Shown here piece by piece: positions 46,701-59,845 of a DNA stretch of 64,000 bases. The stretch comes from Anthoceros angustus (taxonomy: Eukaryota > Plantae > Anthocerotophyta). The notes under the pieces are model-generated. The model saw only the letters and a list, made by a program, of their open reading frames with translations. It was not told where the DNA came from and did not search any database. A program made the position numbers and the translations under genes. Each line of letters begins with the position of its first letter. The first letter of the stretch is position 1. The stretch covers positions 1 through 64,000 of the forward strand of contig MU008213.1 in NCBI GenBank assembly GCA_010909165.1, read 5' to 3'.

Positions 46701-48975
46701 CCCAGTCGACTAGTTTGAAATGGATCTCCTTCCTCCCGAAGTGTAGTTTGTAAGGCGAGTCAGGCCGAGGGTGTCCCCAGCGGTGACCTCGTACCCCAAG
46801 GTCCGTGGGGCAGTGACCACAAAAGTCCAGCGTGTAGGGTGCCCTTCATTTGGTGGACTCCGGACAACTCTCCGTAGCGTCTCGACATGTCCGCCATCCT
46901 GAGAGTTTTGGTGGATGGCACGAATGTCGTGAACCCCAAACATCTTGCCGTGGCTCCCGTGATGAGGTTGACTCCCGAGCCCGTGTCCAGTGCACGTTTT
47001 GATTCGCACCCATGATTTCCACGAACCACGGCGCTCCACAGATCGTGTGGGATACCCACCCTTACCTCCACCGGTTTGGTCTTACGACCTGGAGTGCTTC
47101 GGCGTGGTTGTGTCTCCTTGATGGCCCGTCGAACTTCCTGCCGGTACTTCGGATTATCTCTCAATAGCTGTCGAAACAACGCCAGGTGCTGTTGGTTCAT
47201 CATCAGGTCGGCCACCTTGAATGGCGTGGGAAGCTCCTTAATTGTGCCATGTGTCCGCTGCGGTTCTCCTAGCTCTCCACCACTGCCCCGTTGTGGCTTG
47301 ACCACCTCCGGATCCTGTCGGATCTCCTCCTGAAGCATCTCCGTCACTTCTCGAACCACATCCGGCGGAAACTGGGGTGTTGCCTTGGGTGGGTCCGTGC
47401 TTTCTCTCGCTACCTCAGGGAGTTTCTCCTCGGGTGATTCCTTTGGCAGAGCTGCCCGATCCAACTCTCCTTCCTTGGCTAGTTCCCCCCCTTTGCGGGA
47501 GTACCCTCCTCCGTATCCGTGGTACTCTCTCCATTCTTCTTCCTTTTCAGCTGCCTTCTCTCCTTTCACTCCTTTCTGCGACTTCGAGTTGACACCTCCA
47601 GCACCTCCAGGGCCACCTCTTCTTCCTTAGTAGTACCCCCTTCACGCCACACCGTCCCAAGTCCCCTCGGTGTCTCCTCCCATTCCTTGATTTGTCGTCT
47701 TCAATCTGCTGCGGCGCGGCGGGAATGGTGTGGGCGGTTCAAGGTTCTCCCCGGGGTGGCATAGCGTACCGTCTTTGAGCGAGGGTTCGGGCTGAAGTCT
47801 GCCGCCTCCTTTTATCCCACAGGCGTTCAAAATCTCCATTACCTTGCCTGGTGGGGTACGGGCAAGTGTTGGAGTAGTGCCCGGGGTTTCCACAGTTCCA
47901 ACAGACCACCGCCGCCCAGAGAATCCCCGATGGTCCCCCCATGCGGTGTTGCATCGGCGGTCGGGGCATGGACGCACCCCCCGCCGCAGGATACATCGTC
48001 TTTGGGTATCGCGGCCTCGGAGGGGCTTCCTGCACTTGGTAAGCGTCCTCCCATTATTCCTCTGACTCTTCCTTGTAGTCGTACTCCACTTGGTTCACCC
48101 GTGCGGAAGGCGGTTAGCCTTGATGCCCATCTTTGGTGGCACACCGCGCACCATAAATGGGTCCGAACCGTAGTGGCCGCCTTCCGCCACTCGATCCTTT
48201 ACCTGATTGATCGTTAACTCCTCCACCTTCTTCATTACCTGCTCCAGGTCCTCCCTCAAACCCACTACTTCCTTTAAGGGAGCCGGATCAAGTGGAGCCT
48301 CTCGCCCCGGGGCAAGCATCACGACCTCCTTTTTTTCACCCCTCCGTTTCACTACGGCCTTCTTCTTCTTATTTTTGCGGCGGGGTTCTTCCTCCTCCGC
48401 AGAGACTTCGGACTCTACCTCGGAGATCTCCTCCTCCTCCTCCAAAGAAACCTTCGTCTCTTCATCTTCCTCTTCCGAGGGCTCCTCATCTTCAGACTCC
48501 GAGCTCCGTCTCTTCTTCTTCTTCTTCTTCTTCCCTCCCTGGGTCATCCTCGTTCTTCGTTGGTGCATCGACTCCTCGTAGTTCTCGGCCGCCCGGACCG
48601 CTTTACTCACATCTTTCTCGGCCAGCACATGGCAGCCATTGGTTTGGGTTGGGCCGACGCAAACCATCCACCTTTGCATGGTGGTGTGGTGAGTGCCAGT
48701 CTGGGGCGTAGAACAGCTCGATATCTGATCGGCTTCTCACCACCTCGCTTGATTCTCGAGCTTGGGCGTAGACTTCTGATCGATTCCTCGGAATCTCTCG
48801 AGAGAGCATCCTTGACTTCAAAGGTTGCGAGGCGTTAGGGTGCAGTACTTCCTCCGTACCATTGAGCCGCCATTCCCAGGACCCACAGGCAGTTGAATGG
48901 TAACGCATCAGGAGCCTTCTCCGTTAAGTTGCAGGACACAAAATCCTCCACAAGGTTTGCATCCCTTCCTTGGCT
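43760..48975 (-). mobile_element. Athila-like (non-chromovirus) Gypsy gag-pol, frameshifted
   Basis: CWNCGNPGHYSNTCP; LDTGSGVNLI; WVAPIVVVPKK; FMEVFLDDF; YTTTEREALGMVYAIKKFRHYLL; integrase HEGLGGGHY and CDACQR. The 5' end is cut by the bacterial-like segment. Confidence 0.85.
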
Positions 48976-49507
48976 TCGGCGCGCGCGGCCGGTCGGCCCT
49001 GTCCGGTGGGATCGAGTTCGCCCGGTTTGGTCTGGGCGTACGCGCTGGATGCGAGAAAAGGCGGCGATCAGGAGGCAGAGAGGCTTGTTCATGGCGAGGC
49101 TCATGGAAGGTTCATGGAGGAGGAGAGGCGGAGGGCGCTGCGGCTGCGCGAGGCCCGCCGCCGTCGCGCCGATGCGGCGCGCAGGCGCCGCACCTGCAGG
49201 CAACCACGACCAGCACCGCGAAGCAGGCGCCCACGGTCTTCTGCAGCGCCGGATCCTCGGGCTGCTGAACAGCATGGGGCGCCCACGGGCAGCGCGCGTG
49301 AAGGTCTCGGTCAGGCCCGGGATCAGGTGAAAGAAGAAGGTGGTCGAATACGCGATGGTTTCCACGTAGCGGGAGGCGCGGCCGAAGGCGTTCGTCCGGC
49401 CGGCCGCCGCCGCGACGAGCAGCACCGCCAGCGTCAGGATGCCCAGCACGTGGGTGCGCCGAAGCCGCCGCGCTGGAAGATCCCAGCCCGTGAGGCAGGT
49501 GAGCACC
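48976..49507 (-). other. Bacterial-like high-GC segment (probable contaminant or chimera) ending at the N at 49508
   Basis: Abrupt GC jump. Encodes the C-terminal half of a membrane protein (HVLGILTLAVLLVAAAAGRTNAFGRASRYVETIAYSTTFFFHLIPGLTET) followed by a Sec-signal-like start (MNKPLCLLIAAF..SSAYAQT). Confidence 0.75.
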
Positions 49508-50900
49508 NTCGTTCCTTCAATTGCGGGACTCATTTGTGCTCATCTCCTTGTTGGTGTTCCTCTTCTTTGATAGGTGAAGAAGAGGACCTCGAATGACAAC
49601 ACTTACAGGAGATCACATGTGATGCAATACGACAAATTATCTCTCTTCTTAGGTTATGACCGAAGCGAAAGTCGCAGGCTGCCTTGTTGGACATGGGCAT
49701 TTCCGGAACAATCACTTGGGAGTCAGGTGTGAATCAACGCCATCTGATTTGCACTATTGGCACAAGGTACAAGCATCATTACTCTTCATGTGGATTTGTT
49801 GTGAACCTTGGAAGGGACGAGGGTATGACGAGAATAGGTGTTGACATTAGGTCTCAATAATATTAGCATTTATAGTGTGTGTGTGTGTACATAGATATTA
49901 TTATTCTACTTACCCCTTCATTAGAGTTACGTCCTTTAGTGAAAGGTTGTGGGAGGCAGATCCCGGGGCTTCCGAGATGCACCCTCTAGCGGCCACACTT
50001 ATCCCACTGTCGTTTCGTACGTTGGGTTTCGTCCCATGAGACTTGTGGTACGGTTGGATCTTGAGAAATCGCTACTGCACTACACACTACCTCGACCTTC
50101 TAAACAAGACGCCCTCTCACGCTCCCTCTCTACACAATCACCAGATCGCTTCTTAAATTCACCAAGCCTCAACCTAACGACACCACACAATTGTGTCACG
50201 TCTTAATAGCAAGGTCATCACGGGCCCCAGGGACCCGACCCACACCGCAACCGTCCCTACTCCTAAGACCACTCTTCTCCACTGTGAGCGCCCTCTTACT
50301 TGCATTTGGGATTCGTCCCTTAGGCTGCCTGTGGCCTTCCGTTTTTCCTGCACTCTAATCCTCCTCACAACTCTCTCAATCAACAACGCCCTCTCCTTCT
50401 CTACTCATCTAACCTTCCTTTCTCCACAATCTCCTACTCTAACACCGATTGTTGGCTCATTAATACCAACTCGCCCTTACGGCACAACTGCCTGGGGTCC
50501 GTCTGGAAATTAACAAGTTCTTCCTTGGGCCGGTTGCTATGTGGTGTGTACCAGACAGCGAGAACCTCCAGGGAGTCTTTCCCTGCAGTCTACCCTCAAG
50601 CCGAGAGTTCCTTGAGCATCGCCACACTCAAAGTAAAACAATTCACACGAACCATTCACAAGGGAGCGCAGGGCGCTGCAAAGAGCAAGCCCTCCCCAAA
50701 GACCGCGCGTTCTTCTCTACTCTAATCGTTAGAATTGTATGGTTTAATATATCGTACATTACGTTATACCAAGTAGGTTATCTAGTTTACTTAAGAGGGC
50801 TTATGAAGTAACCGCTTTACGTGTTACTCTTGTGTCTTTCCAACATTATCAATGTATGCTTGCGTGAGTGTGTGTGTCTCGTAATCCACAAACATTTTCA

Positions 50901-53900
50901 TGGTATCAGAGCGGGATGATCCGCATCCCTGCTCATCGCTTCTACCTTCCCATTTTTCTTTAATCTCATAATGGAATTAATTAAGTGGCAGCGCGATTTC
51001 TTTTAAAGACTGGACGGTGGCTAATGAAGCAGCAGGATGCCTCGCAAGGAATTTTGCAGGCATTCATTTCTGGACAACCTGAGTGGCAAGCGTGATAAGG
51101 TGAAGACTCCACCCCGAGGACGTGGATTTGTGGAGGCTTTTGAGCGCCTCTACTTCAAGCAGAAGATTCCACAAGTCAAATTGAGAGGGTTCGCTTTTTA
51201 CAACAATTCATTGATTCCTTTCCCCAGTTCTATCACCGAGACTCCACCGCGTCAAGTAGCTTCAGCAGAAATGGTTACTAGTTCGTCCAAGAGCGATGTA
51301 GGTCATATCCTACCCGTTGTGCTCGAGATTCGTTCTTCTTTGCCTTCAATAGCCAGAATGCCAAGTTGGTCGAACTGTCCAGTAAGATAGACAACGCCAT
51401 TGTCAGACTTGATAGGCTAGAGAAAACCGGAGAGTTGGGAAAATTCTCATCCGTTTCTCAAGAGCTAGAGGTCAAGAGACATACCAAGGAAATTAGAGAG
51501 ATTCGACAGCAGCTCGGGTCTGATGTCCCTGTTCCACAATAATCACTTTGATTTCCAGCAGTAATGGCTGGAACAGGGTCAGATGGGTCTGACCGACTCC
51601 AGGAGAAGGATCGCCTGACTCCTTCCAATTATGACAACTGGAGTTTTCGTATACGCTGTATCCTCGAAGAGAAGTCACTCATGGATGTGGTTGATGGCAC
51701 CAATCCACAGAGAATTGCTGGTCAACCGTCAGGGCCAGCAACACCAGGAGGATCGGTACCCATCTGGACAGCAAAGCAAGCTGAGGAGTGGCAGTCGAAG
51801 GACAGGAAGGCACGCTCAATTCTCGTGTCTTCAGTGTCCCAAGACATGATTCCTCACATCAAGCTGACAAGTACATCAAATGAAGCATGGACATTGTTAG
51901 GTGACACTTATGAATCTAAGGATATGATGACGGAAGTTGCAGCAACCTTACATTTCCAGACACTTAGCATGAAGGAGGCGATTCCGTTGAGAGCCATGTC
52001 TCGAGGTTTCGATGCGACGAGCCAAGCATCTTGTGGAGTTTTTGTGCTGACGGCATGACAATTCAACTCCTCGCGTCACTGCCGCCAAGTTATGAGCAGT
52101 TTAGCGCCAGTCAGCAAGCAATTGCCATCAAAGTCCCAGCAACCTCTACAACACCTGCTACATCCAACCTGACTGTACAGAAGTTGGTTGGTGCATTGCT
52201 TGTGAAGCCAGCGAGCATCTGAAGCCGAGGTTAAATCTCAAAATAAAGGAGACCGCCCTCTTGATTGGAGGCGGCGTCGTGGCGAGGGAGGACGTGGCCG
52301 TGGAGGTGCTGGTAGGGGCAGAGGGCAAACGTCCTCTTCATCACCTGATCCGAACTCCACAAAGAAACCAGGTGTGTGTAATTATTGTGGCAGACCTAAC
52401 CATTGGGTTAAGGATTGTAGGAAGAAGAAGGCTGATGATGCAGCTAAAGGAAAACACTCATCTGAGACACATGTTGCCAGAGCGTCCACTCCAAGTCTGC
52501 TGGTAATGTGTCTTGCATCTTCCTCACGTGATTCCTGTCACTGGTTTCTTGACAGTGGTGCATCCAATCACATGTGTTCTATGAGGAAGGCCTTCATTTC
52601 CTACAAACCAACTCCACCTGGTCATGACCATGCTGTTGTCTTAGGTGATAACTCAGCTTTGCCAATTAGAGGGTTTGGAACAGTCCGTGTTACTCTGCAG
52701 AATGGTACACCTTTTGAGTTAGAAAATACTCTTCATGTTCCTCTCCTGACTAAGAATTTAGTTAGTACAATGGCCTTGGAAAACAGGTTGCATTACATTT
52801 GAGGGCATAAGTGTACCATTTCTCTCACGGTCTCCATCCAGTTCTAGCTCGTGGTCGCCCCTTGTATGATCTCTATTTGCTGGATTTCTTTGTTGATGTT
52901 CCCGCTCCTGCAGCCCACGTTGCTGATGCAAAGGCTCCTGTTAGTACAGCTTATCTATGGCATTGCAGGCTTGGTCATCCTAATATACAAGCCATGAGAC
53001 GTCTTCTCAAAGAGACGATGGTAACTGGATTTGTGGAATCGGAGTTACCTGATCTGGAGCTGTGTGTAGCTTGTATCCATGGCAAGTAGTTTAAATCCCA
53101 CTTTGGGAGTGGTAAACCTCGCAAGGTTACAGAACCTCTGGATCTAATCCACACAGATATCTGTGGCCCTATGTCTACTCCATCCTGGGGAGGCTCACGA
53201 TATTTTGTGGTATTTGAGGATGACAGGACTCACTTCACTGTTACATCCCTCCTTCAGCATAAGAGTGAGGTATTTTCCTGCTTTAAGAAGTATCTGGCTT
53301 ATGCAGAACGCCAGACTGGGCATAAGTTGAAATGCCTCAGATCTGACAATGCCAAAGAGTATTTGTCAGCTGCCTTTCAAGAATTTTGCGAAGAAAGAGG
53401 AATCACCAGACAGCTCACTATACCTTATCATTCCGATATGAATGGTCGGGCTGAACGTCGCCATCGTACCATTCAGGATGCAGCCAGGTCCCTTATGTTT
53501 CAGGGGAGGTTGCCTGTACGATTTTGGGGTGAAGCAGTTCAAGTTGCCACATATCTTCAGAACAGGATTGTTGTCTCATCCCTTCATGGCCAGACACCCT
53601 TTGAGGCTTGGACGGGGGTCAAGCCCGATTTATCACATCTTCGAGTTTTTGGGAGCATTGCCTATGCACATATTATTCGGACAAAGCTGTAAGTTCTCTT
53701 ACAAATCACAACATATTTTATCGGCTACACTGTTGGCATCCATGGGTACAAATTGTTTGATCCTATCTCTCATAAGGTACTCCATGCTCGAACAGTGGTC
53801 TTTGATGAGAGATCATTCTTGAGACTACTTCTTTGGATGATTCAGTTCATTCCTTTTGATGCTCAAGGACATTTTGATCGATGACTCGACCATGAGTTGA

Positions 53901-53950
53901 CAATACTTTTCCACGGTTTGATGCCTCTTTTCCGGTGGATGTTCTGAAAC
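50901..53950 (+). mobile_element. Ty1/Copia element C, 3'-truncated (PBS, gag, protease, integrase; no RT)
   Basis: TGGTATCAGAGC at 50901-50912 after ..TTCA; KDRLTPSNYDNW; CNYCGRPNHWVKDC; WFLDSGASNHM; LWHCRLGH; RSDNAKEY. The upstream LTR start was not resolved. Confidence 0.88.
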
Positions 53951-55230
53951 GATCTAATCCATTTGTTCGCTGGTGTTGCTCCTCTGGTAGGTCTGTTCAC
54001 AGTGCTATAGCTTACCGTCTTCCGATTCGATGTTGATTCCGATTACATGCCCCGGTCCTCGGTCCCATTGCTGGCTTTGTTCCTCCGAAGGTTGGTAGAG
54101 GACTCTGTGGGCACACCTCGCCCGGTGTGAGAAAAAGCGGACTACCGGCGGTGGCTGGCGGACTACCGTGAGGTCGAATCTCGGCTAAAAAGGGAAATGA
54201 GAATAGGGGGAGGATATCCACTATATATGCTCATCAATAGGGAAATAAATATACAAGGTAATTAGAAAGCGATTAATTAGAGATAGTAGGCAAAATAGGA
54301 AATAGGCAGCATAGGTAGGATTAGGATTTTGGAATGATAAACCAGATCTAGGGTTGTACAGCCTCCAGGTGGCAGTCATCCAAAGAGGGCAAAGTAGAGC
54401 TGGAGCTGAAATTGGAGCGTAAGCGCAAAAGGAAGGAAGGCTACCATCGCTGCGAGAAGAGGAGCTGCCATCACCGCGAAAGCGGTGGGAGGCGAGGCGT
54501 GCGCTTCGAGGAGGGACCCGGACCCGTGAGCAGCGAGGTGAAAAGCGCAGAGCGTGAAGAGGAGAGCTCTCCACACGCCTCAGGCTACTGAAGAAGGAGG
54601 TGTGGAGCGAGAGCTGAAGCGCGGCCTCAAAGTGCCGTGGGCAGAATTGAGGCGGAGGCCGTGAACAATTGGTGGCGGCGCCCTGCCTTGGAGGAAGGAC
54701 CACGGAGAGGAGATTGGCAGCAGCTGGAGAACTTAGGCCAGGGCTAACGTGTATTGCAGGGTGAGTGTTGTTGCCACAGCAAGGAAGGGGTGTGTTTAGG
54801 TGTGGAGTTTTGAAGCTCCCAAATTGGAAAGTAATTCCCTTCCTTGAAGCACTTGGAGAAGAGGAAAGCGCCAAGCATTCTGAGGCATTGCGGAGACCTC
54901 CAAGCCCTGACCTTGGGAGGAGCGCCAGGAGTCACGAGCTGGAGTCATCAAGGCGAGGCCCTGAGGGCAAGGCGGGCGCAAAGTCAAGGAAATTGAGAGC
55001 GAAGGGAGGAGCACCGCGACCACCTGCCGGCGGCGCCGTGCCCTGGAAGAAATCGCGAGGAAAATTTGCAACAGCTGGGAAGCATCACCAAGCCTAACGT
55101 TGAAATTGGGTGTTAAGAGAGGTTTTGCTGCCGGACTTGAAAAGAAGGAGCGTTTGAGAGCAAAGTCTTGAGGTTGCCAATTGGGAGGTAGTTCACTCCC
55201 CTAGCAGCGTTTGGAAAGGAAGGCGCCGCC

Positions 55231-57360
55231 ATGCCTCGAGCGGGAAAAGGCAAGAAGAAGGAGCCACCTGCCAAAGGTTCCTCCTCAAGAGGAGAAAAGG
55301 GCAAACAGCCGGCAGCAGGGACTGCGCCGCCAGGAGGAGGCAAACTTTTAATGCCTCAATTTACGTGCTTTGCAAGGCAGCTTAACCCCAGGGATCTAGT
55401 GGATTTTTGGCAGTGGGCAGAAGAAGACAACATCCAATTGGGATGGGTGTATGGCCGCCAATGGGCCTACACCAATTTGGAATTGATTGAGGATTGTTTC
55501 ATCAACCTCCATCAATCGGAGCCTGCCGCTGCGGAGAGGAATGCTCGGATCTCCCATTGGACGGTCCGAGCATTAGGACAGTGTATGGGAGGCCGGAGGA
55601 GAGCTCGGGTGCTCTCCTCGAAAGGTCGAATGGAGGAAGAGACGGCCTCTCGAAATCCCAAGAATTCCTTGACATGATGGATGGAGGGTGAAGGCCCACG
55701 CCAAGAATGGCTGGAAAAGCGAGCATCAAGGAGCTGAAGTGGAGGCTCTTTGCAAAGATTGTCTGGGGTTGGTGAATTACCACGAACTTATTTCAACTTC
55801 CTCCGCTTTTTGTGGAAGATTTCCATGAGCCAAGCGGATTGGGGAACAATTATGTATGAAGCATACATCCACCAGAGAAGCTCCTCAAGCCGAATTCGGT
55901 GGATGAGGAAGGGCCCCTACCTTAGCACCTATTTGGTGCATTTGTGGAAAGCAGAGGGGCTTCTCACAAGCAAGGAGTTGGAAGATGCTTGGCATCCTTG
56001 GAGTAATTCATCTCCAGCCAAGTTTGGAAAGGCCTTTGCCTTTTGCATTGAGAAAAGGCAGGAGGTCGGACCTCCACAAGCATGCTAGGGGCCAAGGGCG
56101 GAAGAAGAGGCAACAAGGTTGCCGAATGGGAAGCCTTTCCTCCACAAGAGCAAGGAGGAGAGGCAAGATCCCACCAAGGAGGCCAATGGTAGTCTATGAG
56201 AGGAGAACTACGCTCAAGGTGGGGAGTCCCACCATTGCGTGTGTCAGGGAAGAGGCACCCGGTAGGCGGCCTGCAGGGGTGGGCGGACTACCCGTGGTAG
56301 GCGGTCGACCCTGCAGTAGGTAGGCGGACTACCCGGTAGAAGCGCCTACGCGTGAGCACCCCGTGGCGGCACCTGGTGAGGAAGGGAAGGAAGCAGAGGC
56401 GCGCCCAGGCCGCCATCACCCACCACCAGGTGGGAGGCGGATGGGGGCGGCAGTGAAGGACCCTCGCCGCGATATGAGTGCAAGGGAGCTGGAGGTTTCC
56501 AGCAAGAAGGCCAGGGTGGTGGGACCCCTAGAGGAATTGCTGAGTGCTTGTGAAGCACTCAGCCGTGTGGATTTGAAGGGGGCTAGGGAACTAGCAGCCT
56601 TCTTGTGGGCCTGTCATGAGGAAGTCAAGGCCCAAGAAATGACAGAAAGGAGAGCAGGGACCAAGTGGCAATTGGAGGCCATGGAGTCCGACGAGAGGGC
56701 AGCCAAGTTAGAGAAGGCTGTGGAGAAAATCCAGCGGGATCTTGTGGATCAACGGCGCGCAGAAAAGGTCCTAGAGGGGAGGTTGTCACAAACCGAGGAG
56801 AGAGCTATTCGAGCGACAACTCAGCGAGACTCTTGGAGGCAAAAGGCGGAAGAGCATTTTGCCCAATTGGAGCAAGAGAGAAAGAGCAAAACAGAGGCCC
56901 TAGGAAGGGAGAAGGTGGCGACCCAACAAATGGACGCACAAGAGCAGGTGATGGCTACCCAAGCCATCAAGATCCGGGACATGGAAGAGGAATTGCGAAG
57001 AACCCGGTACCATTTGGAGGAGAAGCGCGCGGAGTTGGGGGTGCAAGATCAGCAATTGCAGGAGCTGGAGCATGAGAAGAGTTCGTGGCAAGCGGAAAGG
57101 GAAGGACTTGCTCAGCAACTAAGAGACTCGGAGGGGAGGAGGTCTCAGGAGGAGGAATACCACAAGAAGGTGGTACATAGGATGCTGGTGGTAAGGAAGA
57201 GGCGATTTTTGGGCAGTTATGCCCTTTAGGCAATTAGAACCAATGAAAGAAGCAAGGAGGAGAATGTGACCCTCCATGTCAAGGTGGGAGAATTGACCAC
57301 CTGAGGGCGCCTACAAGGTAGGTGTGAGGATGGAGAGTGGCCGCGAGTTGATGATCTCCA
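55231..57360 (+). pseudogene. Gypsy-associated accessory ORF, copy 2 (conserved N-terminal domain plus long coiled coil)
   Basis: ORFs 55231-55677, 55750-56088 and 56363-57229 join across frameshifts; homologous to 38979-40200 and 42600-43540. Confidence 0.65.
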
Positions 57361-59714
57361 AATGCAATATCATAGCTTGGGGGCTCACCTCCACTAGCAG
57401 ATTTTGAGCCAACAACGAAGTCGGCGTGGTTGGCGCCAAGAGGAGGACAATAGGCCAGGCTGCCTTGCCGGCGCTCTTGGCAGAACATATGGCGTTCACA
57501 CACCGGACAAACTATGTAAAAAGTAAAGCACGTTCACAATAACCCGCACCCAAACAAACCTACACACGCAATGCGCGCATCTGTAAGACCTTATTCAAAA
57601 GCTGCCAGTACGGCAAAATGGTCAATTTCAATACGGATGTGAGTCTCAACCGGCTACAATACCGCATTTCCCAAAACTGCTCGGCTATGCAAGGAACCTC
57701 ATATGCTACGTTTGGGATCGTAGTATGGGCTGGCTTAGAACAAACATCGACCCAATCGCAATCCGCCTAACTCCAAATTGTTGGCCATCTTATACTGGAG
57801 TGCTCGTGCTGCCTTCCCTCGCCACGGGCGCCCGGCGGCGCTGCCAGCACCCTCCACACGGGGCCAGATGCATCCCGTGGCGGTTCCCGGTATTACTGCC
57901 GTATTACAGGTGATCACATGTTGACACCCACATCCACGCGCGTTTGTGGCCATCCTCACAACCTCTGAGGCATGTCATTGCATCCATCATGCATGCCCAT
58001 CGTGCATGTCCATAGCGGGCATACATGCCATATTCATGCACATACATGCACCCATATGCCCTTCACATGTCATTTCATCGAGGGTGGCATGGCGGTGTCG
58101 GTGCATAAGCGTTCAAGACACACGGACAAACTATGTGGAGCGTTCGTAACCCGCACCCAAACAAACCTACATTCGCGCATCTTAGGACTATTCAAAAGCG
58201 TTTGGCCCCCTGCCAAAGTAGCTGCCATTTACTGTGAAATAGCACTTGGGCGTATCATAAAACCTTCTATAGAAACGCCGAAACATACTATCTTGAAGTT
58301 GGGGCTGAGAAGGGCACTCATACTCTGTGCGTCCTGTGGCCAATAAAGCTGCCACCCGCCTCTCTTCGGGGTCGAAGTATTCGTCCACTTGTGCCTTCCC
58401 CAGCCGCTGCCGTTCTCTGGCTCGATGGCGAGCCAAAAGTTCTTCTTCCTCATCACTGTCAAGCTCCGTTTTAACTCTGGCCATCTGTGGCCCATTCAAG
58501 CCATTTACATAGTACTGCTTTTCGATGCACTGGGTGCGTAAATAATCACCGACGTTGTGGTTGAGTACGGCCTCGGTTACTCATCCATTCTAGAATTCAC
58601 ATGCTAAGCAAGCAAGCGGTAAAAGCTGCAGGGGTAGCCTATGGCGTGTCGTCACCTTTCTCCCGATGTAAATGAAGCCACACTAATTGCACAAATCTGC
58701 GGGTTTCTCCTGTGCTATACATCAAAACCCTTCCTTGGGCGCGGTGATCAAACACACGATGCATAAAAGGTGATGCTCCAATTTGCGAAATGCCCTTCAC
58801 AATAGCTAGTCCACGTGCGTTTGCCTATTCATTCCTCTCCACGCAAGTTCAAACAAATCCTTGTGGTCATATGGAAAATTTTGACCTTGCAAGTCTCATG
58901 ATGAGACTCCACATACAAAAATTCGGGAATGTCTGCAGATTCTGGTTTGCCGGTGATATTCGAACAGTCGCCACTTATCTTCCCATGGCTCGGAAATTGG
59001 GGCACACTATGATGCATCCTGCAGTCTTACATGTGATGCTTCCGATCCATTGTCAAACCTCTACACCACAGTCTCCCGGTTAGTCACGATGTCACAATTC
59101 TCACCCGCTCTGCCAGCATGCAGGTGAAGACTTGTTAGTGGCTTTTTCTCGGCCCGCGGTGTCGGCCAACCTCAGTCACCCGTGAACAACAAGGAGCTCA
59201 AGGCGCGGTTGTGATTGTGCTCTCAATCTACCAGGGTTGTGAGCTTGCCTTCCCTCGAATCAGCGCGACCTCAATCCACAGATGACCAACAAATCACCTT
59301 GATGCAGGATGCCACGCTTGCGATCCGTTCCTCACGATGCCCGGATGCTCCAATCGTGTTGTTGTGCCACGGGCCTCGACCTCCACCATGTGCCGCCCAC
59401 CTTGTCTTTGGCCCCAATTTTGATGATGCTTAGTTTGCTTGTCCCTCATGTGCCTCACGGTGCCTTAGTGCGGAACCTCTCATATTTACACCGATAACCT
59501 AACCCTTTGCGAACAAGTATGACCCGTTTGCGGTAGGGCTTCAAACACTCATCTCTTGTACTGCCATCATCCAAAACACTTTGTTACTACCCACTCATGC
59601 TCCTTGCTTGCGCGGCAGGCTCTTTGCAGATAGACCCTATTGGGTCGTGGTTGGAACTTGCGACATTCATGAGGCACCCACCGCCCCCTGACCACTTGAT
59701 TTGCTTGTGGATGA

Positions 59715-59845
59715 GCACGGTGGCGAACCATTCACCTCTGGAATTGTTACGAGTGGCGGTCAAGCAAAACGTGATACCCTCCGTTGCATTTGTCACAAAG
59801 CAACATCGGCTCGAGGATCGATGCGTGACCAGAACTCACAAGGCG
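59715..59845 (-). pseudogene. PHD finger of Gypsy element 2
   Basis: LLCDKCNGGYHV.CL...TIPEGEWF across small frameshifts. Confidence 0.8.

Noticed and set aside
49510-50900. Complete 5' LTR of Copia-C
   Set aside because: Only its 3' end (before the PBS) is supported; no partner LTR in the window and the region may be a mix of LTR fragments.
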